Origin: Burkholderiales bacterium
Lineage (GTDB): Bacteria; Pseudomonadota; Gammaproteobacteria; Burkholderiales; Burkholderiaceae_C
Direction of reading: 5' to 3'
DNA length: 64,000 bases
Assembly: GCA_031386065.1 (NCBI GenBank)
Contig: JANNBZ010000184.1
Location: forward strand, 1,155 to 65,154
The notes under the pieces are model-generated. The model made no database searches, had not been told where the DNA came from, and saw only the letters and a list, made by a program, of their open reading frames with translations. A program made the position numbers and the translations under genes. Numbering within the stretch: position 1 is the stretch's first letter; every line of letters starts with the position of its first letter. Of the stretch, positions 30,218-39,696 are shown one piece after another.

Positions 30218-31810
30218 ATGATCAAGAAATTCATCGAGAAACTGCTCGGCAAGACCGGCGCCACCGACAAGCCGGCCCGCGCCACCAAGGCGAAGGACGC
30301 CGACACCGGCGCCGCACCGGCGGGCAAACGCGTCGAGGTGCCAAAGAGCGAGCACCAGATCGACCCGGGTCTCGTCGATGAACGTGCCGTGAAGGTGGTG
30401 CGCACGCTGATCGAGGGCGGCTTCGAGGCCTACATCGTCGGCGGTGCGGTGCGCGACCTGCTGGTCGGCCTGCGCCCGAAGGACTTCGACGTGGCCACCA
30501 ACGCCACGCCCGAGCAGGTCAAGGGTTTGTTCAGGCGCGCCTTCATCATCGGCCGGCGTTTCCGCATCGTTCACGTCGTGTTCGGGCGCGGCCGCCAAGA
30601 CCGGGGCCTCTCCGAGGTGATCGAGGTGTCGACCTTCCGCGCCATGGTCGACAACGCGGCGGCGGAGCAGGTGACCGGCAGCGAGAAGACCTCGCGCAAC
30701 GAGCTGGCGGGCAAGAGCCATGTGGTCGATGCCGAGGGCCGCGTGCTGCGCGACAACGTCTGGGGCCCGCAGATCGACGATGCCGCGCGCCGCGACTTCA
30801 CCATCAACGCCATGTACTACGACCCGGTGCGCGAGATCGTGGTCGACTACCACGGCGGCATCAAGGACGTGCAGCGCAAGCTGCTGCGTATGATCGGCGA
30901 CCCGGCCACGCGCTACCGCGAGGACCCCGTGCGCATCATCCGCGTGGTGCGCTTCGCGGCCAAGCTGGGCTTCGAAATCGAGCCCAAGACGCGCGCGCCG
31001 ATCAAGGAGATGGCGGCCCTGCTCGACAACGTGCCGCCATCGCGCACCTTCGACGAGATGATCAAGCTGCTGCAGACCGGCCACGCACTGGCCAGCATTG
31101 CCGAACTGCGCAAGCAAGGTCTGCACCGCGGCGTGTTCCCGGTGCTCGACGTCGCACTCGATGAATCTCAGCGCCACGACGGCCGCGAGAAGTTCGTGCA
31201 ACTGGCCCTGGCCGACACCGACCGCCGCGTCGGCGAAGACAAGCCGGTGGCGCCGAGCTTCATGCTCGGCTGCATGTTGTGGCACGACGTGCTGGACCGC
31301 TGGAACAAGCTGAAGGCGGGTGGCGAACCATCGTTCCCGGCATTGCAGCAGGCCATCGATGCGGTGTTCGACGCGCGCATCGGCGACATCTCCGGCCGGG
31401 GCAAGCTGGCCGCCGACATGCGCGAGATCTGGATGATGCAGCCGCGCTTCGAACGCCGCACCGGCGCCAGCGTGGCCACACTCGTCGAGCAGCCGCGCTT
31501 CCGTGCCGGCTTCGACTTCCTGCGCCTGCGCGGCGACGCCGGCGAGGTCAGCGGTGAGCTGGCCAACTGGTGGGAAGACTTCTCGCTCGCCGACGACACC
31601 GAGCGCCGCCGCCTGCTCGACGAGGCGCGTGACCAAGACCAGGTGCGGCGCGCCGCCGGTGGCCCCGCGCCCGGGGCTGACGGCCAGTACGCACCGAGTG
31701 CCGACGGCGACCCCGCCCGCAAGCGCCGCCGGCGGCGCCGCAAACCGGCGGGTGCGGGCGACGGTGATGCCAGCAACAGCAGTGAACCCGGTGCGGCGCC
31801 TGATGCCTGA
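30218..31810 (+). CDS. pcnB: poly(A) polymerase I
   Basis: AYIVGGAVRDLLVGLRPKDFDVATNATPEQV...FRIVHV...RRDFTINAMYYDP. Arg-rich C-terminal tail. Confidence 0.9.
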   Translation: MIKKFIEKLLGKTGATDKPARATKAKDADTGAAPAGKRVEVPKSEHQIDPGLVDERAVKVVRTLIEGGFEAYIVGGAVRDLLVGLRPKDFDVATNATPEQVKGLFRRAFIIGRRFRIVHVVFGRGRQDRGLSEVIEVSTFRAMVDNAAAEQVTGSEKTSRNELAGKSHVVDAEGRVLRDNVWGPQIDDAARRDFTINAMYYDPVREIVVDYHGGIKDVQRKLLRMIGDPATRYREDPVRIIRVVRFAAKLGFEIEPKTRAPIKEMAALLDNVPPSRTFDEMIKLLQTGHALASIAELRKQGLHRGVFPVLDVALDESQRHDGREKFVQLALADTDRRVGEDKPVAPSFMLGCMLWHDVLDRWNKLKAGGEPSFPALQQAIDAVFDARIGDISGRGKLAADMREIWMMQPRFERRTGASVATLVEQPRFRAGFDFLRLRGDAGEVSGELANWWEDFSLADDTERRRLLDEARDQDQVRRAAGGPAPGADGQYAPSADGDPARKRRRRRRKPAGAGDGDASNSSEPGAAPDA

Positions 31811-32981
31811 CGGTGCGCGGGGCGTCGGCCTGAATGCCGCTGCCTTGCATCGCTTGACCACGGCGATGCAGGCGCTGGTCGATGCCGGCCGCCTGCCCGG
31901 CGCCGTGATGCACGTTGAACGGCACGGCCAGTTGGCCTTCGCGCAGGCGCTGGGCCGGCAAGACCCGGCCCAGGCCGAGCCGATGCGCGGTGATGCGATC
32001 TTCCGCATCTACTCGATGACGAAGCCGCTGGTGTCGGTGGCCGTGATGATGCTCGTCGAGCAAGGCCGCTTGCAGTTGACCGATGCGGTCGCGAAGTACT
32101 TGCCGGCATTCGCCGATGTGCGCGTGGGTGTCGAGCGCGACGGCGTGTTGCAACGCGTGCCGCCGGCGCGCGCGATGACCGTGCAAGACCTGCTGCGCCA
32201 CACCGCTGGCCTGACCTACGAGTTCCATGAACCGTCGATCGTGCGCGGGCTGTACACGCAGGCCGACCTGTTCACCCGCAAGCGCACCAACGCCGAGTTC
32301 TGCGCCACGCTCGCGGCCTTGCCGTTGATGGTCTCGCCCGGCACTCGCTGGGAATACAGCCGCGCCACCGATGTGCTGGGCCGCTTGCTCGAAGTCCTGA
32401 GCGGGGAGCCGCTGGGTGCCCACTTGCACCGCGTGATCTTCACGCCGCTGGGCATGGCCGACACCGGTTTCCACGTGCCGGCAGCGCAGCAGCACCGTCT
32501 CGCCGAAGGGTTCGCAATCGATCCCGACACCGGCGCTGCGGTCGAGATGCACGAAGTGCGCATGCCGCCCAGGTTCGAATCGGGCGGCGGCGGCCTGGTG
32601 TCGACTGCAGCCGACTACATGCGCTTCTGTCGGCTGCTGCTGCAGGGCGGCGAGCTCGATGGCGTGCGCCTGCTCGGCCGCCACACGCTGGCGTGGATGA
32701 CGGCCGACCACATCGACACGCAAGGCGCCGACAGCACCCAGCGCGACCAGCTGCCGCCCGGCTACGGCTTCGGTCTGGGCTTTGCCGTGCGCACGCATGC
32801 CGGCATGTCGGCGCTGCCCGGCTCGGTGGGCTCGTTCGGCTGGAGCGGCGCGGCCGGCACGCTGTTCATCGTCGACCCGGCCGAGCAGCTGACAGGCGTG
32901 CTGATGGTGCAGGCGCTGGGGCAGGCGGCCGAGGTGCGTGCGTTGTTTCAGAGCCTCGTGTATGCCGCTCTCGCCGACTGA
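31803..32981 (+). CDS. serine hydrolase (beta-lactamase/class C esterase family)
   Basis: SxxK motif IYSMTKPL, YSRATDVLG, GWSGAAGT. ATG 31803 overlaps the pcnB stop. Confidence 0.8.
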   Translation: MPDGARGVGLNAAALHRLTTAMQALVDAGRLPGAVMHVERHGQLAFAQALGRQDPAQAEPMRGDAIFRIYSMTKPLVSVAVMMLVEQGRLQLTDAVAKYLPAFADVRVGVERDGVLQRVPPARAMTVQDLLRHTAGLTYEFHEPSIVRGLYTQADLFTRKRTNAEFCATLAALPLMVSPGTRWEYSRATDVLGRLLEVLSGEPLGAHLHRVIFTPLGMADTGFHVPAAQQHRLAEGFAIDPDTGAAVEMHEVRMPPRFESGGGGLVSTAADYMRFCRLLLQGGELDGVRLLGRHTLAWMTADHIDTQGADSTQRDQLPPGYGFGLGFAVRTHAGMSALPGSVGSFGWSGAAGTLFIVDPAEQLTGVLMVQALGQAAEVRALFQSLVYAALAD

Positions 32982-33462
32982 GGCGCAGCCGGCTTATGTG
33001 GGTGTCGGCGCGAACCTCGGCGATGCACGTTCGCACCTGCTGCAGGCGCACGATGCGCTGGGTCAATTGCCGCACACCGCGCTTGTCGGCCAGTCCGGCA
33101 TCTACCGCAGCGCGCCGATCGAGTCGAGCGGCCCCGACTACCTGAATACGGTCGTGCTGCTGCACACCCGGCTCGGCGCCCACGAACTGCTGGCCCACAT
33201 GCTGCGCATCGAGCAGGCGCACGGCCGCGAGCGCCCGTACCGGAACGCGCCACGCACCCTCGACCTCGACCTGCTGGTGTACGGCGAAGAGCGCATCCAC
33301 ACCGATGCGCTCACCGTGCCGCACCCGCGCATGCACCTGCGGGCGTTCGTGTTGCTGCCACTCGCCGAGTTGGCGCCGGGGCTGGTCATCCCCGGCCTCG
33401 GAAAGGTGACTGCGCTGCTCGGAACGGTGGCCGGCCAGCGCATCGATAGACTTGGCTCATGA
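32962..33462 (+). CDS. folK: 2-amino-4-hydroxy-6-hydroxymethyldihydropteridine diphosphokinase
   Basis: AYVGVGANLGD...YRSAPI...RTLDLDLLVYG...LTVPHPRMHLRAFVLLPL. Confidence 0.9.
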   Translation: MPLSPTEAQPAYVGVGANLGDARSHLLQAHDALGQLPHTALVGQSGIYRSAPIESSGPDYLNTVVLLHTRLGAHELLAHMLRIEQAHGRERPYRNAPRTLDLDLLVYGEERIHTDALTVPHPRMHLRAFVLLPLAELAPGLVIPGLGKVTALLGTVAGQRIDRLGS

Positions 33463-33675
33463 ATGCGTTGCCTACCCCTGTGCAGACGGTTCTGCTGCTG
33501 ATCGCCTCGAACGTGTTCATGACATTCGCCTGGTACGGCCACCTGAAGAACCTGGCCGACAAGCGGCGTGTTCGTGCCGTTCGCGATGCTCTACATGGAC
33601 CAGCCCTTCAAGCTCGACTTCCTCTGGGCCGGCCTGTGCATGGTGGGCGCGGTGTACTTCATTTTCCGCGCCTGA
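33459..33675 (+). pseudogene. DUF486/DMT-like small membrane protein gene with internal out-of-frame deletion
   Basis: Frame 0 gives MNALPTPVQTVLLLIASNVFMTFAWYGHLKNLADK and then nonsense. From 33568, frame +1 gives VFVPFAMLYMDQPFKLDFLWAGLCMVGAVYFIFRA* (TGA 33673-33675). The span is 217 nt, not a multiple of 3, and the middle of the protein is missing. Confidence 0.6.
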
Positions 33676-33685
33676 GGCACGACTT

Positions 33686-34357
33686 GTGAACAACGTGCAA
33701 GCCGGCCTGCAGCGCTTCAGGACCATCGCCATCGAAGGCCCCATCGGTGTGGGCAAGAGCACGCTGGCACGCAAGCTCGCCGCGCGCCTGGGTGCAGACC
33801 TGCTGCTCGAGCAGGCCGAGGAGAACCCGTTCCTCGAACGCTTCTATGCCGACATGCCCGGCTATGCCTTCCAGACCCAGCTGTTCTTCCTGTTCCAGCG
33901 CGTCAAGCAGATGCAGGCGGTGGCGCAGCCGGGCATGTTCGCGAGCCACCTGGTCAGCGACTTCCTGTTCGCGAAAGACAGCCTGTTCGCGCGCCTGAAC
34001 CTGAGCGACGACGAGTTCCGGCTCTATTCGCAGATGTACGCGCAGGTGGCACCGCAAGTCACCGAGCCTGACCTCGTGATCTGGCTGCAGGCCTCGCCCG
34101 CGACGCTGCTGCAACGCGTGCACAAGCGCTCGATTCCGATGGAGCAGAGCGTGTCGTCCGCCTACCTGCAGCGCCTGTGCGACGCGTACGTCGAGTACTT
34201 CCACGGCTACGACGGGGCGCCGGTGTTCGCGCTCGGCACCGACCACTTCAACCCGGTCGACGTGGACGCCGACTTCGAGCAACTGCTGCACCGCCTGGTG
34301 GCGTTTCGCGGCCGCCGCGAGTTCTTCAACTCGCATGTCGAGATCCCGTTCGCCTGA
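33686..34357 (+). CDS. deoxynucleoside kinase family protein
   Basis: P-loop IAIEGPIGVGKSTLA, ENPFLERFY, FQTQLFFLFQR. GTG 33686 chosen because the upstream ORF extension overlaps folK and the pseudogene. Confidence 0.8.
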   Translation: MNNVQAGLQRFRTIAIEGPIGVGKSTLARKLAARLGADLLLEQAEENPFLERFYADMPGYAFQTQLFFLFQRVKQMQAVAQPGMFASHLVSDFLFAKDSLFARLNLSDDEFRLYSQMYAQVAPQVTEPDLVIWLQASPATLLQRVHKRSIPMEQSVSSAYLQRLCDAYVEYFHGYDGAPVFALGTDHFNPVDVDADFEQLLHRLVAFRGRREFFNSHVEIPFA

Positions 34358-34470
34358 TGGCTTGATTGCCTGACATCCCGAGGGCGGCGCTTACACTCCC
34401 GGCCTGCCACATTTGATGACAGTTGCGTGACACGCGGCTGTCGTGCGGCTTCAACCGACGGGAACGATCC

Positions 34471-35118
34471 ATGCTCTTTGGCAAGCTGCTGCCGCGTGAA
34501 GGCAACTTTTTCGAGCTGTTCAACCAGCATGGTGACTACATCGTGGCCGGGGCACGTTCGTTCATCTTGTTGATCCAGAACTACGCCGACCTGGAGTTGC
34601 GCGAGAAGTACGCGAACGAGGTCGGCCATGCCGAGCGGCAAGCCGACCGCATCACGGCCGAGGTGAACCGGCTGCTGCACAAGACCTTCATCACGCCGAT
34701 CGACCGCGAGCAGATCCACGGGCTGATCAACGCGATGGACGACATCCTCGACCTGCTGCAGGACGCGACCGAGACCATGTCGCTCTACGACGTGCGCACG
34801 ATGACCGAGGACGTGCTGCGCCTGGGCGACCTCTCCGCCAAGTGCTGCGAGCGCGTGCAGCACGCGGTGTCGCTGCTGCCCAAGATCAGCCAGGCCGATG
34901 CGGCCGAGGCCGCGATCAAGACCTGTGAAGAGATCGACAAGCTCGAAAGCGATGCCGACCGCGTGATGCGCTCGGCGATGTCGAAGCTGTTCCGCGAAGA
35001 GAACGACGTGCGCGAACTGATCAAGTTGAAGGCGATCTACGAGCTGCTGGAGTCGATCTCGGACCGCTGCGAAGATGTGGCCAATCTCATCGAGGGCGTG
35101 GTCCTCGAGAACTCATGA
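34471..35118 (+). CDS. DUF47 (PhoU-like, YkaA/TIGR00153) phosphate-transport-associated protein
   Basis: MLFGKLLPREGNFFELF...HAERQADRITAEV...FITPIDREQIH; followed by a PiT gene, as is usual for this family. Confidence 0.85.
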   Translation: MLFGKLLPREGNFFELFNQHGDYIVAGARSFILLIQNYADLELREKYANEVGHAERQADRITAEVNRLLHKTFITPIDREQIHGLINAMDDILDLLQDATETMSLYDVRTMTEDVLRLGDLSAKCCERVQHAVSLLPKISQADAAEAAIKTCEEIDKLESDADRVMRSAMSKLFREENDVRELIKLKAIYELLESISDRCEDVANLIEGVVLENS

Positions 35119-35225
35119 CTGCCCCCGGTGCTCGCGGCTGCGCAGCGATCCCACCCCCCGAGGGGGTCGGGCCTTCCTTGGGGCGGCCCGGCGGTGCGGC
35201 CCGGACTCTGGTGAGCTGATCCTCG

Positions 35226-36239
35226 ATGGGTTCCGTACAGACCGCCTTCTGGGTCGTCGCGATGCTGGTCGTGCTGGCCGTCGCGTTCGACTTCATGAAC
35301 GGCTTTCACGACGCCGCGAATTCGATCGCGACGGTCGTGTCCACCGGTGTGCTCAAGCCGCAGCAGGCCATCGTGTTCGCGGCGTTCTTCAACGTCGTGG
35401 CCATCGCGGTCTTCCATTTGAACGTGGCGGCGACGGTGGGCAAGGGCATCGCGGTGCCGGGCGTGGTGGACCACCACGTGGTGTTCGGCGCGCTGATCGG
35501 CGCGATGTTCTGGAACGTGCTGACCTGGTGGTACGGCATCCCGTCGAGCTCGTCGCATGCGCTGATCGGCGGGATCGTCGGCGCGGTGATCGCGAAAGCC
35601 GGCACCGGCTCGTTGATCGCTGCAGGCGTGGGCAAGACGGTGCTGTTCATCTTCCTGTCGCCGGCGCTCGGCTTCTTGTTGGGCTCGCTGTTGATGGTGC
35701 TGGTGGCGCAGCTCTGCCGGCACACGTCGCCACTGCGCGTCGACAACCTGTTCCGGCGGCTGCAGCTCGTGTCGGCCGGCCTTTACAGCCTTGGCCACGG
35801 CGGCAACGATGCGCAAAAGACCATCGGCATCATCTGGATGCTGCTCATCGCCACCGGCTACACCGCAGCGGGCGACAAGATGCCGCCGAGCTGGGTGATC
35901 TGGTGCTGCTACATCGCCATCGGCCTGGGCACGATGTTCGGTGGCTGGCGCATCGTCAAGACCATGGGCCAGAAGATCACGAAGCTGAAACCAGTGGGCG
36001 GCTTCTGTGCCGAGACGGGCGGCGCCATCACGCTGTTCCTGGCCACCGCGCTGGGCGTGCCGGTTTCCACCACGCACACCATCACCGGCGCCATCGTCGG
36101 CGTGGGCTCGGTGCGCCGTGCCTCGGCAGTGCGCTGGGGCGTGGCGGGCAATATCGTCTGGGCGTGGATCTTCACGATCCCTGCCACGGCCTTCGTGGCG
36201 GGCGTCTTCTACTGGATCAGCCTGGCGCTGTTCGTCTGA
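35226..36239 (+). CDS. inorganic phosphate transporter, PiT family
   Basis: FDFMNGFHDAANSIATVVST...HGGNDAQKTIG...STTHTITGAIVGVG. Confidence 0.9.
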   Translation: MGSVQTAFWVVAMLVVLAVAFDFMNGFHDAANSIATVVSTGVLKPQQAIVFAAFFNVVAIAVFHLNVAATVGKGIAVPGVVDHHVVFGALIGAMFWNVLTWWYGIPSSSSHALIGGIVGAVIAKAGTGSLIAAGVGKTVLFIFLSPALGFLLGSLLMVLVAQLCRHTSPLRVDNLFRRLQLVSAGLYSLGHGGNDAQKTIGIIWMLLIATGYTAAGDKMPPSWVIWCCYIAIGLGTMFGGWRIVKTMGQKITKLKPVGGFCAETGGAITLFLATALGVPVSTTHTITGAIVGVGSVRRASAVRWGVAGNIVWAWIFTIPATAFVAGVFYWISLALFV

Positions 36240-36268
36240 CCCGCGTCGGCTGAACCAGACCCTCTGGG

Positions 36269-36727
36269 CTACTTAGCGCTGTGGCCCAGCTCGGCTTCGG
36301 CCTGGTACTCGAAGTAACGCTGACCGCTGAACGCGAGCGTGGCCATCAGCACGCCGGCGCCCAGCACCAATGCCGCGACCACGCCGAAGATCGTTGCCCA
36401 ACTGGTCTGGTGGGCCGGGCCGCCAGGGTTGTAGCGCGCGTTCCAGGTGTCGTCGGGTGTCAGGCCATGGACGATGGCCGAGATCATCGCCACCGACAGC
36501 GTCAGCCCCAGCAGCGGGATGCATGCCCACGCGACGTGGTCGTCGGCGCCAAGGGCGCGCATGCGCTGCACGCCGTAGAGGCCAATGAGCGTGGGCAGCG
36601 GGAAGAGCCAGCCCCAGCGGTCGCCGAAGCCATGCAGATAGAAGCGGTGCAGCCCGAGGCTGCCGCCGACGAGCGCGATCCAGGTCGCGAGCGTCTTCGA
36701 CTTGTAGGTGTCGCTGGTGGCGATCAT
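36269..36727 (-). CDS. TM2 domain-containing membrane protein
   Basis: 152 aa, GGSLGLHRFYLHG TM2 signature. ATG 36727 forms an ATGA overlap with the GNAT stop. The longer listed ORF is an out-of-frame extension through the GNAT gene. Confidence 0.8.
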   Translation of the reverse strand: MIATSDTYKSKTLATWIALVGGSLGLHRFYLHGFGDRWGWLFPLPTLIGLYGVQRMRALGADDHVAWACIPLLGLTLSVAMISAIVHGLTPDDTWNARYNPGGPAHQTSWATIFGVVAALVLGAGVLMATLAFSGQRYFEYQAEAELGHSAK

Positions 36728-37272
36728 TCGGCGGCGTCCACGGGTGAGGCGCTGGCGCCGAGGCCGAGGCTTTTCTGCATCACGACCACATCGAGCCAGC
36801 GCTCGAACTTCCAGCCAGCCGCTTTCATCGTGCCCACGGGCTCGAAGCCGAGCGTGCGGTGCACGCCGATGGAGCCGAGGTTGGCCGAGTCGCCGATGAT
36901 GGCGATCATCTGCCGCGTGCCGGCCGCCTCGCAGCGCGCCATCAACTCGGCCAGCAGCCAGCGCCCCAGGCCCTGGCCTTGCGCGCTGGGGGCGATGTAG
37001 ATCGAGTCTTCCAGGCAGAAGCGGTAGGCGCGGCGAGGCTTGAAGTGGTTGGCGTAGGCATAACCCAGCACCTCGCCGCCGCGCTCGGCCACGAGCCACG
37101 GCAGGCCCTTGGCGAGCACGTCGTCATGGCGCTTTGCCATCTCGGCTTCGTCCGGCGCTTCGAGCTCGAACGTGCCCGTGCCGTGCAGCACGTGGTGGGT
37201 GTAGATCGCGGTGAGGGCAGGCACATCGGCAGCGGTACTCGGCCGTAACAGCAGGGCGGTCGAACTCATCAC
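36724..37272 (-). CDS. GNAT family N-acetyltransferase (phosphinothricin-acetyltransferase-like)
   Basis: [20 protein letters not shown]...[16 protein letters not shown]...GFEPVG...[12 protein letters not shown]. Confidence 0.85.
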   Translation of the reverse strand: MMSSTALLLRPSTAADVPALTAIYTHHVLHGTGTFELEAPDEAEMAKRHDDVLAKGLPWLVAERGGEVLGYAYANHFKPRRAYRFCLEDSIYIAPSAQGQGLGRWLLAELMARCEAAGTRQMIAIIGDSANLGSIGVHRTLGFEPVGTMKAAGWKFERWLDVVVMQKSLGLGASASPVDAAE

Positions 37273-37297
37273 ACTCCTTGGGCGGTGTCGCTGAGTT

Positions 37298-37303
37298 TAT
37301 AAT
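37298..37303 (+). promoter_or_regulatory. candidate -10 box (TATAAT) for the rpsP operon
   Basis: Perfect TATAAT 155 nt upstream of the rpsP ATG. No convincing -35 (TCCTTG at 17-nt spacing). Confidence 0.3.
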
Positions 37304-37457
37304 GCGTGGTTTTGTTGCTGGCCGGTCGGGTGATTGGCGTATCTACGGCGACGTTTCACGCGACCACTGCATCTGCGTGTGCCGGCCAGATGCCGGGCAC
37401 GGTGTCCGGGCAAGGTGGCGCCCGCTAGGCCTCTTTAAGCAACCTCAAGGAATCATC

Positions 37458-37706
37458 ATGGTCGTCATTCGACTTGCACGCGGCGGCGCCAAGAAGCGCC
37501 CCTTCTTCAACATCGTGGTCGCCGATTCGCGCACCCGCCGCGACGGCCGCTTCATCGAGCGCGTCGGCTTCTACAACCCGGTCGCATCGGGCGCCGAGCA
37601 GCCGCTGCGCGTGGCGTTCGACCGCGTCGAGCACTGGGCCAGCAACGGCGCGCAGCTGTCGCCCACGGTGCAACGCCTGGTCGCTCAAGCCAAGGCTGCG
37701 GTCTGA
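37458..37706 (+). CDS. rpsP: 30S ribosomal protein S16
   Basis: [41 protein letters not shown]. Confidence 0.95.
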   Translation: MVVIRLARGGAKKRPFFNIVVADSRTRRDGRFIERVGFYNPVASGAEQPLRVAFDRVEHWASNGAQLSPTVQRLVAQAKAAV

Positions 37707-37731
37707 GCTTTTGCCCAGCCCGCTGTGACGC

Positions 37732-38340
37732 ATGCCCGTCGTGAGCGCAGCCACTGCAACGCAGGCCGCGCCATCGGGTGATTGGCCTGCTGATGCGATC
37801 GAAGTTGGCTGCATCGTCGATGCGTGGGGATTGAAAGGCTGGATCAAGGTCAAGCCCTTCGCAGCCGACCCGCAGGCGCTGTTCTCGACGCGCCGCTGGT
37901 ACCTCAAACCGTCCGAGAAGGCTGGCGTTGCGCGGCCGGCCACAGTGACCAGCGCCTTCCCGACGCACCTGAAGATCACGCAGGCTAAGGAGCACGGCGA
38001 CGTGGTCGTGGCCCTCGCCCAGGAAGTGCCGGACCGAACGGCCGCCGAAGCGCTGCGCGGCGCGCGCGTGTTCGTCGGCCGGTCCAGTTTCCCGACCGCC
38101 GGGCCGGACGAGTTCTACTGGGTTGACCTGATCGGCCTGGCCGTGGTGAACCGGGAAGGCGTGGCGTTGGGCGCCGTCGTTGGCTTGCTCGACACCGGTC
38201 CGCACAGCGTGCTGCGCGTCGCGCTCACGCCCGATGCCCCGGCCGAGGCGGAACGCCTGATCCCGTTCGTTGCCGCCTACGTGGACGACGTGAGCCTGGC
38301 GCAGCGCCGCATCACGGTCGATTGGGGTCTCGACTACTGA
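37732..38340 (+). CDS. rimM: 16S rRNA processing protein RimM
   Basis: VGCIVDAWGLKGWIKVKPF...FYWVDLIGLAVVN. Position between rpsP and trmD. Confidence 0.9.
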   Translation: MPVVSAATATQAAPSGDWPADAIEVGCIVDAWGLKGWIKVKPFAADPQALFSTRRWYLKPSEKAGVARPATVTSAFPTHLKITQAKEHGDVVVALAQEVPDRTAAEALRGARVFVGRSSFPTAGPDEFYWVDLIGLAVVNREGVALGAVVGLLDTGPHSVLRVALTPDAPAEAERLIPFVAAYVDDVSLAQRRITVDWGLDY

Positions 38341-38351
38341 TCTCGGCAGCG

Positions 38352-39131
38352 ATGCGCTTCGATGTCATCACGCTGTTCCCCGACCTTTTTGCGCCGCACC
38401 TGACGCAGGGCATCACGCGGCGGGCATTCGAGTCGGGCAGTGTCGATGTGAAGCTCTGGCAGCTGCGCGACTTTGCCGACAACACCTACCGCCGCGTCGA
38501 CGACAGGCCGTTCGGCGGCGGGCCGGGCATGGTGATGCTGTTCGAGCCGCTGGCGCGCGCGCTGAAGGCGGTGCGCGCCGCTCGAGCCGAGGCTCAAGCC
38601 GCGCCGCTGGTGCACTTCACACCGACCGGCCACCGCATCGACCAGGCGCTGCTGCGTGAGTTCGCGGTCGGCGCTGGCGCCGTGCTGCTGTGCGGCCGCT
38701 ACGAAGGCATCGACCAGCGCTTCATCGATGCCCATGTCGACGTCGAACTGAGCCTCGGCGACTTCGTGCTCTCGGGCGGCGAACTGCCTGCGCTGGCCTT
38801 GCTGGATGGCGTGGCGCGCTTGCAGGACGGCGTGCTGGGCGATGCGCAGTCGCACCAGCAGGACAGCTTCTCCGACGGCGCCCTCGACGGCCTGCTCGAC
38901 TGCCCGCACTACAGCCGCCCCGAGGTGCTGGCGGGCAGTACCGGTCACGCTGATAACTTGGCGGTTCCGGCCGAGTTGATGTCGGGCCACCACGCGCAAA
39001 TTGCCCGTTGGCGCCGCGAGCGCTCGTTGGAACTGACCGCCCGGCGGCGCCCCGACTTGCTGGCGGCCGCGCGGGCAGCAGGCCGCCTGAGCGCGCTCGA
39101 CGAACGGTGGCTCGCCCACCTCGGGCTATAA
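38352..39131 (+). CDS. trmD: tRNA (guanine37-N1)-methyltransferase
   Basis: [13 protein letters not shown]...[13 protein letters not shown]...[12 protein letters not shown]...[14 protein letters not shown]. Confidence 0.9.
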   Translation: MRFDVITLFPDLFAPHLTQGITRRAFESGSVDVKLWQLRDFADNTYRRVDDRPFGGGPGMVMLFEPLARALKAVRAARAEAQAAPLVHFTPTGHRIDQALLREFAVGAGAVLLCGRYEGIDQRFIDAHVDVELSLGDFVLSGGELPALALLDGVARLQDGVLGDAQSHQQDSFSDGALDGLLDCPHYSRPEVLAGSTGHADNLAVPAELMSGHHAQIARWRRERSLELTARRRPDLLAAARAAGRLSALDERWLAHLGL

Positions 39132-39244
39132 TCAAAGGCTGTTCGATCCTCTGCTGCGCGAGAGCACCGGTGCTCACCCCACTGCTCAACACACTACAAC
39201 CAGCCTTTCAAACCAGCGCGCTGGCACGATCATTTGGAGAACTC

Positions 39245-39598
39245 ATGGACTTGATCCAGACCCTCGAGCGGGAAGAAATCACCCGTCTCAACAAGACCAT
39301 TCCGGTGTTCGCACCGGGTGACACCGTGATCGTCAGCGTCAACGTGGTCGAAGGCACGCGCAAGCGCGTCCAGGCTTTCGAAGGCGTGGTGATTGCCAAG
39401 CGCAACCGCAGCCTGAACTCCAGCTTCATCGTGCGCAAGGTCTCGAGCGGCGAAGGCGTGGAACGCACATTCCAGCTGTACAGCCCGCTGATCGCGTCGA
39501 TCGAAGTCAAGCGCCGCGGCGACGTGCGCCGCGCCAAGCTGTACTACTTGCGTGACCGCTCGGGCAAGTCGGCTCGCATCAAGGAAAAGCTGGCCTGA
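39245..39598 (+). CDS. rplS: 50S ribosomal protein L19
   Basis: [12 protein letters not shown]...[36 protein letters not shown]. Confidence 0.95.
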   Translation: MDLIQTLEREEITRLNKTIPVFAPGDTVIVSVNVVEGTRKRVQAFEGVVIAKRNRSLNSSFIVRKVSSGEGVERTFQLYSPLIASIEVKRRGDVRRAKLYYLRDRSGKSARIKEKLA

Positions 39599-39641
39599 CC
39601 CCCGGCCGGCAAGCGCCTTGCGGTTGCGAGGCGACCGCAGC

Positions 39642-39666
39642 CAAGGCCGCCCATCGGGCGGCCTTG
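39642..39666 (+). terminator. intrinsic terminator after rplS
   Basis: CAAGGCCGCC-catc-GGGCGGCCTTG followed by TTCGTT, 44 nt after the rplS stop. Confidence 0.6.
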
Positions 39667-39696
39667 TTCGTTGCGAGGCCACCAGCAAGGCTGCCC

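Noticed and set aside
30071-32008. 645-aa ORF on the minus strand
   Set aside because: It is antisense to pcnB. The pcnB frame is clearly real.
36728-37099. N-terminal extension of the TM2-domain ORF (276-aa version)
   Set aside because: It overlaps the GNAT gene out of frame. The ATG at 36727 gives a sensible 152-aa TM2 protein in an ATGA overlap with the GNAT stop.
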